Of a DNA stretch of 64,000 nt, positions 23,908 through 38,009 are shown piece after piece (position 1 is the first letter of the stretch; each line of letters starts with the position of its first letter). The position numbers and the translations under genes are program-made. The stretch is from Octopus sinensis (Eukaryota), in contig NC_043012.1 in NCBI RefSeq assembly GCF_006345805.1, positions 13,020,001-13,084,000 on the forward strand, read 5' to 3'. The notes under the pieces are model-generated. The model did no database searches and had not been told where the DNA came from. It saw nothing but the letters and a program-made list of their open reading frames with translations.

Positions 23908-25100
23908 AGTGTAATTATTACGAACGCAGAAAGCTCGTGTATTTTGTATACTCCTTTTTATATTTTTGTAAATATTTTATATCTTTAATATTTTTTTCAT
24001 ATGTGTTTGAGTAACTTCCCTTTTTTACTCAACTTTTTCTGCGTTTCCATATTTTTCTCCAGTTTTTTTCGCCATGACTATCACATGATAATTACATTTA
24101 CACTTCAACTAAGGTTTTCGATCTGCGAAATGTATGATACCTTATCTATTCATAATCAAATATTTGTATTTAATTATGAATTTCGTATTTACCTCATGTT
24201 TTACCTATTGATTCATCACGTATCCTACAACCTGCAACATACTGATGACACTATAACACCTACCTTCTCGATTCGGCGCGCGTTCTCTGGCTTCCCTTGC
24301 CAGTTTTCTGAAATCAACTTATGATATTGTCCATATATTACGTTCTTTCCTTGCCTCTTGGTTTACTACCCGCTGCTCTACCCGCTACTCTACTCTCTAC
24401 TCTCCCTTCGGCGATAATCTCTTCAAGACCCCTGTTTCTTTTATATGGCGATAATAGATGCTTTGCTCTTTTTCTTTTCTTTTTTTAATTTTTGCTTGGT
24501 ATTTTTTTATAAGTAAAACCGCGTTATTAACTTGGAATTTCTCTGTCGAAATGTAGTTTTCAGCGCAGGACCTCATCTTTATTCCAATGGAATCATTTGG
24601 CACTCTATATTTATAGAAGCGTGAGCAAAGTGGGGTGGGGGTCTTAAAACAACATGATGTAAATAATGGAATATTCTAAGAGTATCATTAATACCAAAAG
24701 GAAATGCATCAATGGTATGGCTCCGGCAGACTAAACTCTCCTGTATGAAGGCGGCGAGCTGGCAGAAACGATTCTACTTTGCTAAAAGACATACAAAGTG
24801 TGTCAAAGATTTTATTTCCGAACGGTAGATACTAATCGAAAAGACCTCTTCGTAAGAAAACCTAATAGTATAAGCTTACATTATTTGTGAAGAAATTGTC
24901 GTAAATGTAATATATATGTAAACAACAGGATTAGCAATTCATAACAACGGTAATGATATTTGTCTTCCTATGAATGTGTAGAGATTTTTTTGGCTAACAT
25001 AGCTTATAAGTTTGAATATGAAGAAACGTAAACATAATTATTGTGGAAAGACATGAAAATTGTATGAGGCAGAGAAAGGATTCTTTTTCTTGATGATTAA

Positions 25101-25101
<1 letters not shown>

Positions 25102-25178
<77 letters not shown>

Positions 25179-25198
25179 TAGTAGTAGTAGTAGTAGTA

Positions 25199-25243
<45 letters not shown>

Positions 25244-25278
25244 TAGTAGTGGTAGTAGTAGTAGTAGTAGTAGTAATA

Positions 25279-25354
<76 letters not shown>

Positions 25355-25436
25355 TAGTAGTAGTAGTAGTAGTAGCAGCAGCAGCAGCAGCAGCAGTAGC
25401 AGTAGTAGTAGTAGTAGTAGTGGTGGTGGTGGTGGC

Positions 25437-25469
<33 letters not shown>

Positions 25470-25487
25470 GTAGTAGTAGTAGTAGTA
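25102..25487. repeat. Long (TAG)n trinucleotide array with GTG/GCA variant blocks
   Basis: Direct inspection; explains the poly-S/V/L/Y ORFs. Confidence 0.97.
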
Positions 25488-26155
25488 ACCCGGTAATGCA
25501 CGGCGTATAGTATTAGATTTAATGGAAAATTACCGAGGAATCCTCGCTGGAAAAACTTGAATCTTTTATATTTATGAAATTATGAATAAATATATCTCTA
25601 TGAAATTGGGAAAGGTTTGCAAATTGCGTGCTTCTGGAATCTATTTTCCTTTCTCCTACAACTGTAAATACGTTTGAAAATGTGACGAGGAGGAAAGTAT
25701 ACTATTTTCTTTTTATAATCAGTCTCTAAAATCGCTACTAAATATGTTGGTACCCGCTTTCTTCCCTTCTGTTTACAAATCACTAAACATTCCCATGTTC
25801 AGGTAAATGACAGCGAATATATTTGGCGTAAATTAGTGTCTATTTTTTTAGAAAATAGAAGGGAACATTGGATGTTTTGCACCTTTGGTAATTTTAAGTA
25901 CTCCAAAAATAGACATTATGTATTATTTACAGGTCCCCGAAGGAGATCAATGAGAAAATAGCGACTGACCTACTTCATTTTCAATGACGGAAAATCTTAA
26001 TGTAAGTTTGATGAATTTTAACTCTTGATTTATAATGTACACTGAAGGTATGTTAATACTTGCCAGGTGAATGTTGCAGTAGTTTCACTAAATAATATTT
26101 AAGAAATCGCTCGTGCGAATATTCACGATTTCTAACATTAATTTCCAAATTCGTA

Positions 26156-27050
26156 CGAGGGATGATAGAAGGTCCATTGGCTGACCAATATTCATTCACG
26201 AAATGTGACAAAATGAGTTTTATTTTCCAATATAGTCCCCTATGCAGCCCACATACTTCTTCCATCGGTGTTGCCGTGCTAGGATCTCCTCGGGAAAGAA
26301 ACTTTCATCTTGTCTCAAAATATCAATAGCTAATATGACGTCATCATCACGGCGACACTGTGTTTTCCAGATGATGGTCAGATGAAGCCAAATCAGAAGA
26401 ATAGGAAGGTTGATTAACCCGTTCAAAACCACAGTCACACACTGCAGCCAATAAAACCAAGGGCTTGTGTGCTGGAACATTGTCGTGATGTAACTAGACA
26501 CAATTCACCAATTTTCCTGTCATTTAGTCATGATAACCTCTCATAACTGCAAGAGAAAATGGCATAGTACTCCCCATTGATGGTGTGGGACATTAAACAC
26601 AATGCCTAGTTAACCCATCCTCGCCAAAAAAAACGAGGCCATTGCATTCCTTGTATATGAAACAAACGTGACGTTCGCTAGAACAGGCGACGAGAACTGT
26701 TTCAACTGTGTGCATTGTTACTCAGTCTCTGGCTAGAAAATGTTCAAGAATCCGGGTTCCATCTGCTTGAAGCAATGCCAAATTTTTCCGTGGTGTGATT
26801 AGCTTGTTTCTCTTTTGAAATTTGTGTTATAAGCCATTATGCTACTAAGTTCATTTTGCCAGTCTCTATCACCGTGTGGCGAAAGCGATGAATATTTTCC
26901 TCGGCGGTTGCAGTTACAGGACGTCTAGACATTAATGTAGGAACCATATCAGCATGAATGTTCTTGGGAGATAAGCTCTTTTGCTCCACATATTCCAAAT
27001 TTTGTCCATTCTGAAGAAGAGTCTCTGCTAGTTACTTCTGAAACCTTCTT
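26156..27050 (-). mobile_element. Decayed mariner transposon
   Basis: QKSLSPKNIHADMV; HHDNVPAH; PSYSSDLASSDHHL; RRDDDVILAI..QDESFFPEEI..RWKKYV..GDYIGK. End TA|CGAGGG at 26154-26161. Confidence 0.82.
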
Positions 27051-27963
27051 CGAACATTTAGATGTCGGTCTAGTTGGAAAGTAACAATGCTGTTATTAAT
27101 GAGAAATTAGGAAATTAATGCATGCGAGATTCCACAGTTCTTGCATCAATCTTTTATAGTCAGCCTATGAACATTTCAGCCCACACCAATACTTTGTAAT
27201 TAAATGCACAGACTATACACAACATACTTCGGCGCCAAACGCGTCTTGACAAGAAAAAAACACATTGTGTTTCTTTTGTGAGGTTTTTAATATATCTGTG
27301 ACTCTATAATTGGCAAATTTTTTCATCAAAATCACTACCGAAAAAACAACCACGTCAGAAATTGATTATATTCACATTGCCAAATATTGAACGCAGTTAT
27401 CATTTCATCCACTTCTTGTCAGCTCCAAAATGTTTACTAAAATATGGAATAACGTAACTAGTTTAGACATTTCTTGGAATAGAAATATGCGGTTAATATA
27501 AATTAGGAAGTTATGAAGTGCGGCCTATTTTTTTCCGTCAAATATTAGGCTTCCTTGGATATTCAAGATTTTTGTATGAAGTTGTTTGGATATGGTTAAT
27601 AGCTGTCTGCCTGTATTATAAAAGATATTATATATAGTTTGGAGACTACGTTTCTTTAAAATTAGAAATAATACTAAGAAAAAGAAATTACCAGTTATGA
27701 TTTTTATTTGTACTGCTATGTAGAGAAGTGTTTGGCACTTATATAATCACTAGTTAGGCGATGAAGTACATTTTCTATTCATAAAACGTACAAATATATT
27801 TAGCATGAATAGGTAGTTTGTTATTCTTTTACAATTTCTGAATTTGCGTACAGTTAACAATCAGTTACGTCGTCATATACGTGTGAGCTTGTACACATGC
27901 ACATTTCGCATGCATGCATACATAAAAACAAACACACACATTCATACATACATACATATATAC

Positions 27964-28106
27964 GTGCATGAGTGGATGTGTTGTTAAATAGCTTGCTTAC
28001 CAACCACATGGTTCCAGGTTCAGTCCCAATACGTGGCACCTTGGGCAAGTGTCTTCTACTATAGCCTCGGGTTGATTTGGTAGACGGAAACTGAAAGAAT
28101 CTCGTA

Positions 28107-28150
<44 letters not shown>

Positions 28151-28355
28151 GTATACGTTTGTGTCAGTGTTTGTCGTACAAGCATCGCTTGACAACTGAT
28201 GTTGTAGTGGGTACGCCCCTGTAACTTAGCAGTTCGGCAAAATAGAACGATAGTATATGTACCAGGCTCACAAAGAATAAGTCCTGGCATCCATTTGTTC
28301 TACTAAAGGCGATGCACCAGCATGGCTGCAGTCAAATGACTGAAACAAGTAAAAG

Positions 28356-28356
<1 letters not shown>
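27964..28356 (+). mobile_element. SINE family B, older copy with internal (TA)n
   Basis: Colinear with 45747-46216. Confidence 0.88.
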
Positions 28357-28399
<43 letters not shown>

Positions 28400-29038
28400 T
28401 ACACACACACGCGCGTGCGCGCAGACATATATATGTTTGTACATGTATGTATGTGTTAAACGACACAGGTTTCACACCGTCCATTCAATAATTGCTGGAT
28501 CCCTGCAGCATATATATATATATATGGTCTGTGCACACTTGAAGTTTAGTTCCTGTGTGAGTCAGTATCATCAGAGATGGAAGTTGTAACAACACTCAAA
28601 AGTAATATTAGTTGCCACTTCAGCCTGGATGTTTCATACCTGCGTCTGATACATTACTCCTAATATATGAGACACAGGTTGTCTGTGGTTAACCAGTTGG
28701 AAAGGAGGTTTTCCTGGGGTTAAAATATCGTAACATATTCAGTGTGTGTTTTTGTGTGTGTGTATGTGTGTGTAAATATGTGCGCAGTGGGTCAGTAAGG
28801 AAGCGGTTGTTTGCTGACATCGATGTGATTGTGATATGATGTGAATTGAGGAATATATAGAAACATAGCTTCATAGTATTCAATGATGTTTAGTGAAGAA
28901 ACAAACTATTACCTATCTTTTTGTTGCTCCGAAACCCAGCAACAACAGCGAAGCAATAATTCTTTCTCCATATAATTCACGAAAAGAATTCAGTACAGTA
29001 AAAAAAAAATACTAATTGAAGATTTCATATTTTAAGAA

Positions 29039-29400
29039 TCAAGAGGTGCTTTTCTCCCAGCGTTGAAAGGATTTCAGTTCTTCTTTATCACATTTCTGTT
29101 TCCATAGTTTGGAGATCTTCTCTTTATCTTGGAATATTTTGCTAATTTCTTGATTGATCTCTTCATCGATGGATTTAACTTTTTCTTCATTCGTCTGGGC
29201 CCCTAATTTTAGAAGTTCTATTTCCATCTTCTTATTTTCCAGTGCCATTCTTTGTGTATCAGGTTCATCTGTAATGGCTTTGATCTGGAATTTACGTGGG
29301 AGAATTAATGGTGTCCGATTGAGCCATTTTTCGTATACATCCGCTTTATTGTTATTTCGGATGATCTTCGAAAATGCGAACTTTTACTTTTAACTGTTGG
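29039..29400 (-). mobile_element. Possible retroelement (PLE N-terminal) coding relic
   Basis: Charged coiled-coil-like peptide EEKVKSIDEEINQEISKIFQDKEKISKLWKQKCDKEELKS with flanking stops. The assignment rests on recalled resemblance only. Confidence 0.35.
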
Positions 29401-30161
29401 AACCATTCTAAAAATCGAAAATGGTATTGCAAGTCTTTGTTTTGAAAATTTGAACAACTGTCATATTTTTGCACAATGTATCAAATAAATAGCAACTTTG
29501 CATTGGAATCATTCGCTGAGATTTTTAGCTTTATATAAACTTTTGAAACTTTGCTTATAACTTGTCAACCCATTACACAAATCACTTTCATACACAGATT
29601 CAACATGGCATAAATTTTCACAAGTTTGTCATTTAGAATAGAAACGGTGCAGTTGCCACTATGTTGATCATATTCAATTAGAAAGTTCCCAAGCAGACAT
29701 TCACTAAAGTAATAATATATTTATCGCTGTCAACATTCCAGCATGGAGAATAATATGACACTTTTCCGAGACTTCTAAAGTTATTGGATACTTCTGTTAT
29801 GCAGACAACAATATATGGGAAAAGAAGAAAAGAGGCTGTTATCAAGAGTTATTATGTCCAGTGCAGTTCTCACCAAATCTTATTTACAACGCGGTTGTAA
29901 GCTAACTCAGACATTTGACAATTGTATTAAGTTGTCTTCAAATAGTGTGGAATATTTTACAACTGCTATTTTTGGCTTGATGCCCAGTGTATATGGTATA
30001 TATATTGCATATTTTGCTTAATATATAGGTTTGTTCTAAATTAATTCAACTCATTGTTCATTTCAGAATCTTATGAATCTTATGAATATTTGAGGATAAA
30101 TAAGTTTTGCATGAATATAATATAATTTACCGAGCGAAAGCTAAATGTATTTATATATATA

Positions 30162-30541
30162 TGGAAGCGCAATGTCCCAGTGCATAGTGCAGCGGACTCG
30201 TGGTCGTAGGATCGCAGTTTCGATTCCGAGACCGAGCGATGCGAATGTTTATTGAGGGAAAACACCTAAAAGTACCACGGGGCGCCAATAGGGGGTGATG
30301 TAAACCCTGCTATCCTGTTTCATTACATGTTTCTCTCACTCTTCCTTTCTGTTTCTGCTGTACCTGTATTTCAAAGGTCCAGCTCTGTCACACTCTGTGT
30401 CAGGCTGAATCGCCCCGAGAACTACTTTAAGAGTATACGTGTCTGTGGAGTGCTCAGCCACTTACACGTTAATATCACGAGCAGGGTGTCCTCCCAATCG
30501 GATCAACTGGAACTCGTGTTGTCGTAACCGACGGAAGGCTA

Positions 30542-30543
<2 letters not shown>
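30162..30543 (+). mobile_element. SINE with family-A head and family-I tail
   Basis: Head matches 13666; tail (TGTATTTCAAAGG..CCCGAGAACTAC..GTCTGTGGAGTGCTCAGCCAC..GTCGTAACCG) matches 14215-14390. Confidence 0.85.
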
Positions 30544-30590
<47 letters not shown>

Positions 30591-30594
<4 letters not shown>

Positions 30595-31581
30595 GTTGGC
30601 AACTAAGTTCCCGCAGCATTTTTAAATTTTGGAATTTATTGCGCTTTTAAATTTTGGAATCTTAATTTTTGTTTATTTTCAGATGGTTGAAATGGAATGT
30701 GAAGTTAAGAAAAACAAGCATTTTCGACACCTCGCGGTTCTAAGAGCGCAAAAGCTTCTCGCCATATTTGTGCTGTGTATCGAGAGGTTGCCATAGCTGA
30801 AAGAATCGCTCGTGATTGGTATGCCAAGTTCAAAAATGAAACTTTTGATATCAAAAGCTGCACTTCGTACTGGCCGTCCAGTTGGGTTGGTTGAAGAGCG
30901 ATTAAACTAACTTTTACACGAAAATTCTCGTCAAACGACAAGTGAACAGGCAAAGAAAATGGAAAGCTCCTACACTGCTACAGAGAATCATCTTCACTCG
31001 ATGGCAAAGTTTCAGAAGTATGGATCGTGGTTTCTGTGACAACAACAAAACTCAACAAGACACAATCTCTGCTGATTTGCTTGCTCGTCACCGCTCAATT
31101 CATGGACACAAGCAACGATTTCTTTACCAAATCGTTACTGGCGTCGAAGAATGGTGCCTGTACATCAATATGAAGCAGCGTAAAGAATGGCTTAGCCCCG
31201 GTAAACAAGCGGCACAGCGCGTGAAACAAGATCTTCATCTGCGCAAAACGATGTTGTGCATATGGTGGGACTGGGAAGGGATTATCCATTACAAATTGCT
31301 TGGACGGAACCAAACGGTCAACACAGTACTCTATGTTCAACAGATGGAACGACTGAATATGGCTACTCAAGAGAAAAGACCTAATCGGCAACATGGAGTT
31401 CTGCTGCACGACAACGCCCGCCTTCATATCGCAAATATAACCAAGGAAGCCATACAAACGCATGGCTAGGAAGTGCTGACACACACGCCGTACTCTCCTG
31501 ATTTGGCACCAATGGATTTACACCTCTTTCGATCTCTTTCAAATGATTTGCGCAGAGTTTCGTTAAATGCTGATGCAGAAT
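30591..31581 (+). mobile_element. Mariner (DD34D) transposon relic, 3'-truncated
   Basis: TA|TTAGGTTGGCAACTAAGTT left end; IVTGVEEWCLY, MLCIWWD.EG, HDNARLH, PYSPDLAPMDLHLFRSL. Confidence 0.92.
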
Positions 31582-31619
31582 ACGCTTCCAACATCCCTTT
31601 CCTGAAAATAAGATAATCA

Positions 31620-32515
31620 AAACAACACTCAAACACTGATTCACACCTATCTACAAAATGGAACCATCACCCCTTGCAAAAAAAGGAATACAGGACCTAA
31701 ACCTAAATTTATAAACCACCATCGATACAATATCTGGAGTATCCCAACTTCAAATAGAGAAAGGAAAAATCACTACCAGCAGGATAGACAATGGAACCTC
31801 CTCACCCCATTAGGGGTTGCCAACGAGATTTTAGTTCCAACAATCTACTAAACAACCATGCGCAAAAAACACGTACCTTACGCAATTATTACCAACGACG
31901 ATGGGATATCGGAACACACCTTTCAATACAGTTCCAAGAACACACACCATATATCACAATACAGCACCTCGCAACCATAAGGAACAACTACATAATATCT
32001 ACTGTCACAACCCGCGCATTCATTTTTATACCCAATACGCAAACAAAGAGACATGAGATAGCACTAAACAGACAGGAGAAACAAAAAGTGATAAAAATTA
32101 TCAATCTAACTCACAAAGAACTAAGAGCAAACCAAATCAATATACTCTCCAAAGGTTTCAAGTTTACACCCACCCCACAACGCCCCAACTACAACGAAAT
32201 TAAAGAAGACATCGCAGAATTCTGTAGAAAGTTATGACTCGCTGGGGAGCTATAAAACAAATACAACGAGGACCGATCGTTGGACTGAAGTAAAAGTAAC
32301 TAAACCCCTTCAGAAGGTAAGAACAAAACTCTTGATCATTTCTGTGAATACATCTCCAATTACCCATATCGACATATACACAAACAAAAGCTAAACCAAA
32401 CTTTAGCAAAAGAGAAAGTGCTGAGATGAATAAATTGAAAGATGATAAAACAATAACAATCGAAGAGGCTGATAAAGGGAGTGCAGTTGTCTTAATGGAC
32501 ACGATATACGACATG
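31620..32515 (+). mobile_element. Penelope-like element relic, pre-RT region
   Basis: KIINLTHKELRANQINILSKGFKFTPTP..EDIAEFCRKL and TITIEEADKGSAVVLMD. Confidence 0.88.
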
Positions 32516-33723
32516 CAGTATTAAACTGTCAGGTAATTTCTTTCTTCGGTTGTTATGTAGAACAAGGACATAGCATTGTTTCAATAAATGATTACGTTTC
32601 TAAGCCAAAGTCTTTGGGACGTGAAACTATACAACTGCCATGTCGGTTTCCGTCTCCGTTACACTGCAAATGTATATGGAGGTCAGTTTCCTTCATTAAT
32701 GCGAATGAAAAGCATTACTTGGAATAAGAGAACATTCCAATAGGATAATGATCACACTGAAGATATTTTGTAGAAACTATTGGGCTACATAAAGCAAATA
32801 AGAAAAGAAAGAATATTTGTAATGCAAAGGGATTAATGCCCACTGATATTTTGTGCTGGTACAAGAAACGTGTAATTGCCAAAGTTTAGATAAAGGGATC
32901 CGCGGGATTTACTGGTTACCATAGATTAACATACGTAAGAGATTTAGTTCTATAAAACTGAAGCGCAAAATACACGCTAAAGCAGAGCAAATTGACAGAA
33001 TCTCTAATGAATGACACAGCAGTGAATCCATTGTAAATCAGCTTTAGGTTTTAGAACATCTACTACTTCAATTTTAAATTGTTTAGATACAAGAATAATG
33101 TTTCAGAATTGAGCATGCACAAACTTAAAGAGTATTTACATCTCTGTGGCATATTCTATACATCGCTTTTAGATATAAATAATACTGATAAAAAAATAAT
33201 TTCGTAGATCTCAACAACATGAAAGAGAAGAAAATTTCTCTTTTATCGATATTAGACACGCTGAATTGCTGGAAACAACGAAACATATATGGACATTTTA
33301 ATATTTTGCTTTCATTTCACAGCTCTATTCAGGTTTAAAGTAAATGGCTTACCTATTATATACCGAAAACAGTTTATTATGCATCAGTCATGATATTATA
33401 TAAAAAATATGTCAGGAAATCCAATTTCTTTGTTTATTTCATTCCTTCTTATATTTAGCTATCTATTATTTTGTAGGTGTTCAGAGTAAGATCAGATTTT
33501 ACAGCTTTTCACTGCAGCAGATTCTGGTTGATATTAAAATAATATCGTTAAAAAATATACTTGAAATATTTTGACTTCTACGACACCCCAATTCTTTTTT
33601 CCTTTCTTTATTTTCGAATGATATGACACGAGCAGAAATCCGAATACAAGCAAAGGTACATTTGAAATATTTCTGGCATATACACACATAGAGGCATGCT
33701 CATGCTTACACACACACACACAC

Positions 33724-33797
<74 letters not shown>

Positions 33798-34024
33798 GAA
33801 TGAGAGGCGTAGCTACCCAGATGGATTCCTAATATGCTAGAAGAACACGCCAAATTGCCTTACACGTAGCGTCTACTAGAATATTAGGAATCCACCTCGG
33901 TGGCTATTTCTCTAATTTACATGTGTGAAATAATTCATGGTCATCGAACATTTTTTTAAGTTTGCTAGCCACTGGATTAGATTAATATTATTTAATAATA
34001 TCAATTTCAATCTTCATTATTTAA

Positions 34025-34193
<169 letters not shown>

Positions 34194-34244
34194 TGTATGT
34201 ATGTATGTATGTATGTATGCATGTATGTGTGTGTATATACGTAT

Positions 34245-34378
34245 GTATCTTTCTGTCGAAGAGCGTAGGCTCGGAACGTGAAAGACTTTTTCTATTCCTG
34301 AGCGCTATACTAATACATTTCTTTGTTTGTACTCCACTTGCCTTCGTCTTTTGTTTATTTTCGTAAACTTTCCCTTTA
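34245..34378 (+). mobile_element. Hammerhead-bearing repeat family E, inactive copy
   Basis: UCUUU-CUGUCGA-A-GAGC-GUAG-GCUC-GGAA-CG-UG-AAAGA: GAAA is GGAA and the site is GUG. Downstream matches 55290-55385. Confidence 0.75.
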
Positions 34379-34794
34379 TATATATATATATACTTATAGA
34401 AATTCATATGTATGTATATTTATATATACATGCTTATATAAATAAATACATATATATATATATATACATATATATACATATACATAAATGCATATTTATA
34501 CATGTATATATATGTGTATATATGTATGTATGCATGTATATATGCATGCATGTATGTATGTTTGTATGTATGTATATATGTATATATCACTGCACTGACC
34601 AACTATTGGATGTTAACATACACAGCTTCTCACATTGTGCTTCCTTGTATTGTTGTAGATTTCGAATGACGATACTGTTGTTGTTTGGTGAGTAGTCCTT
34701 TATTCGCAACGAAGGGAACGTCAGTCTTTTGCAGTTTTACCATCCACAGTTTCGTGGACTAGAACATAGTGCAATGTCGTGTTTCATTGATTGA

Positions 34795-34862
34795 CCTAGA
34801 AATCGAAACCACGATCTTCGGGCCGTGAGTGAAACTCCCTAACCAGAAGGTCCCACGTGTTC
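34795..34862 (-). mobile_element. SINE head fragment (family A/I type)
   Basis: Reverse complement of GGTTAGGGAG..CACGGCCCGAAGATCGTGGTTTCGATTTCTAGG. Confidence 0.6.
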
Positions 34863-35074
34863 AGAAGCACACGTACATACACACACATACACTTAATCAC
34901 GCACACATATATACGACTTCTTTTTCACACTTTGCGTTTACATGTATTCATCTCACTTTGTTGAATATGTTATACAGTCTCATGAGAATTAGATGTATAC
35001 AAAATGTATACAAATTTAAACTTGAAGTTTTAACTAGCAACTTTAATCAAAACTTATATACTGATCAACTGTTA

Positions 35075-35385
35075 GGAGGCACATGACCTAGTGGTTAGAG
35101 CAGCGGTCTCACAGTCGAAGGATCGCGGGTCGAATCTCAGAGCGGGCGAAGTGTGTGTTTATGAGCGAAGTGTGTGTTTATGAGCGAAGCACCTAAGCTC
35201 CACGCGGCTCCAGCAGAAGGTAGTGGCGAACTTCTGCTGACTATTTCGCCACAACTTTCTCTTATTCTTTCCTCGTTGCAGCTCACCTGCGACAAACCGG
35301 CGTTCCATCCCAGTGGGGAACCTATACGCCAAGGAAACTAAGAAACCGGCCCTTATGAGCTAGGCGTGGCGCGAGAAGGAAAAAA
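35075..35385 (+). mobile_element. SINE with family-A head and a third tail type
   Basis: TGACCTAGTGG A box; tail GAAAC....GAAACCGGCCCTTATGAG resembles the tail of 39682-39930. Confidence 0.82.
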
Positions 35386-37512
35386 CACACTGATCAAATA
35401 AAAGGAATACTAGTGTTTGAGTACTTGTTGTGATGGCCATATGGATTACATGCAAACCACATCTTGGGTTGCCGATCAACTATCTAAATAGCGAGTCGGA
35501 TTAAATAAACAATAAATAGAGACACATAGAGCAATGCCTCTATAGACGAATACGATAAGTCTGAACTTCTTTCAGGCCGCTTGTATGGAAAATTTCTAAC
35601 TTGACAGGATATCGTTTCTGTGGCAAAAGTCCCTTCCTATTGTGTAACGTATGTCACCTCTCTTAAATTTGCCTAAGAAAGCATCTCATAGAATTGCTCA
35701 TGGAATTTTCTTAAGAAAGAAAGGTATTTGTTTAATATTTGTTTAATTACTGTTTATAAAGTAACTATTCAAATATTAGTAATAGCAGTGTTAGTCACAT
35801 ATTACAATGTGAAACACACACAAAGACCGTTAGCATGACTTAAATCTTTATTATTTGCTGTCAAAATATTCGTCGTATCAACAGCAATCTGTGCACTGAC
35901 TTGAACTCATTGCATTTTGCTTTAGACATTACACTAAATTTTGACACGAAAATATATTTCGTTTACTAAGTACCGAATGAGGTCTCGTTATATATACGCA
36001 CGCAAAATTCTATAAAATGTAATTACTAATATCAGTAAATGTACCATATAATTATCTTGTAACATAATCGTATGATGAAAAGATTATCGTTAACACCTCT
36101 TATTAGTATTAGGAAGCACTAATCAATAGCGTGTTTCCAGATAAAATCTGATATATCACATATCCAAACATTCAAATGACTAACAATATGCAGAAAACTT
36201 TACCTGGTATAATTCCGCAAATTAGTTTCAACGTCAGAACGCATATTACTGAATAATTCCTAAATTGAATTTCTCCTCGCGTTCTGTCGAATCAAATTTG
36301 TAATAAGATGTCCATGAGTTAAAAGAAAGAGTCCGGCGTAATCGTTTGCACCTGTAGGAATTAATTATGAGTTTCTAATTATTACAACGAAATGTTGCAT
36401 CTTTAATTATTTCAATACCAAAACGTACTGAAACACTACTACGTGTATTTCTGTAGCTGCGAACTGAAGTTCTCTAAAAGCTAGTGCCTATGCAAAACAA
36501 TGGCGTTGATACTAGCATTTGGATTAAAGTTTACACAGGATATGTTGAAAATAATTTCTGATGCTGAGATTTCGACTTCCGTTCACATAGCGAAAATATC
36601 TATTATTAGCATTATTATCGTCTAGTGCTCTCAGGTCAAGCAGACCTAAGATTCAAAATGAACAGATGTGACACGTATTTTTTTATCATCTCCACTGTTC
36701 ATGGCGATATTCGATGTTTCTTTACTGGTAGGTGAGGGATGTATAAACCTTGAAGCGGACTGTCTTTCGTAAGACCTTCAGCTGTGTACGATATCTAAAA
36801 CAAGTATTAGTCAGAGCGAATGTAGATATATCATTTTTATTCACATGAATTTAGTTACTTATATTGTGGCAAGAGGCGCTAGTGTGCAATTTAGCATTCA
36901 GAAATGTAGCATGGGAATTGTTTCCTCCTGTTTAAAATCGTATGAAGAAATGTTGAATAATAATTTTCCCCTATTATATCAACTGTTTCAAAATATGAAA
37001 TTCTAAAACACGATCTAAGGTGAAATACATATTTAGTAAAGCCAAAAACCACACTACATACAACAAAAACACAGTACAAATATTTTCCTTCATTATATTT
37101 ACTGAAGAATCATAAAAGAAAAATGCAGCGGTATATGATGACATGTTAGTACATATATGATGACATGTTAGTACATTTCATATATTAGTAAAAGAAATGC
37201 TAGATTTCGAACGACCAATATTAACGTTACTCAGTAAAGGACATATGGCGTAAACGCTTTACACGCGTATTACACAATAACGTGAGCAAATTTTGCAACA
37301 CTGTTATAATAATATTTTACAAGATCTGAACATACTTCCATTTTCAAAATCAGGTTAATCAAGTTGGTGTCTCAATATCAATGACCATAATTTATTAATC
37401 AAATACAATTGTCATAGGATACACATAGTTTACTTAGAAATGATTAAATTTATTCTATGTCTAATGAAAATTAATATCACAAGTAATAATCATCATATAT
37501 ATATATATATAT

Positions 37513-37557
<45 letters not shown>

Positions 37558-37560
<3 letters not shown>

Positions 37561-37875
37561 GAGGCGCAATGACCTAGTGGTTAGGGCAGCGGACTCGCGG
37601 TCGTAGGATCGCGGTTTCGATTCCCAGACCGGGCGTTGTGAGTGTTTATTGAGCGAAAACACCTAAAAGCTCCACGAGGCTCCGGCAGGGGGGGGGTGAT
37701 CCCTGCTGTACTATTTCACCACTCTTTCTCCCACTATTTCTTCTGTTGACCTGCTCGCTTAGCCAGCGGGGTGGCGTCATTCGAAGGCTAAAACAATGCG
37801 AATGCATTGTGACCAGCGATGTGTAACTACATTTGATGGACTGGTCGGTCACGTGATGATGATCACGTGGTGATA
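37558..37875 (+). mobile_element. SINE family A, young copy
   Basis: Nearly identical to 13666-13969. Confidence 0.9.
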
Positions 37876-38009
37876 TATATATAAGCATATACATATACAG
37901 CAGTCCTCAAAAGGGGTAAACGTGCCCTAGGAAAACCACTACTTATTCTCTTCCAGAGTTTTCTTACGAAAGGTAAGCTGCCAAAATGAAGGCAGGAATA
38001 ATATTCTCA

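Noticed and set aside
25933-26001. Plus-strand 69-nt segment with strong acceptor and GTAAGT donor
   Set aside because: Stops in all three frames. It shows that good splice-signal pairs occur on both strands by chance; at most a non-coding exon.
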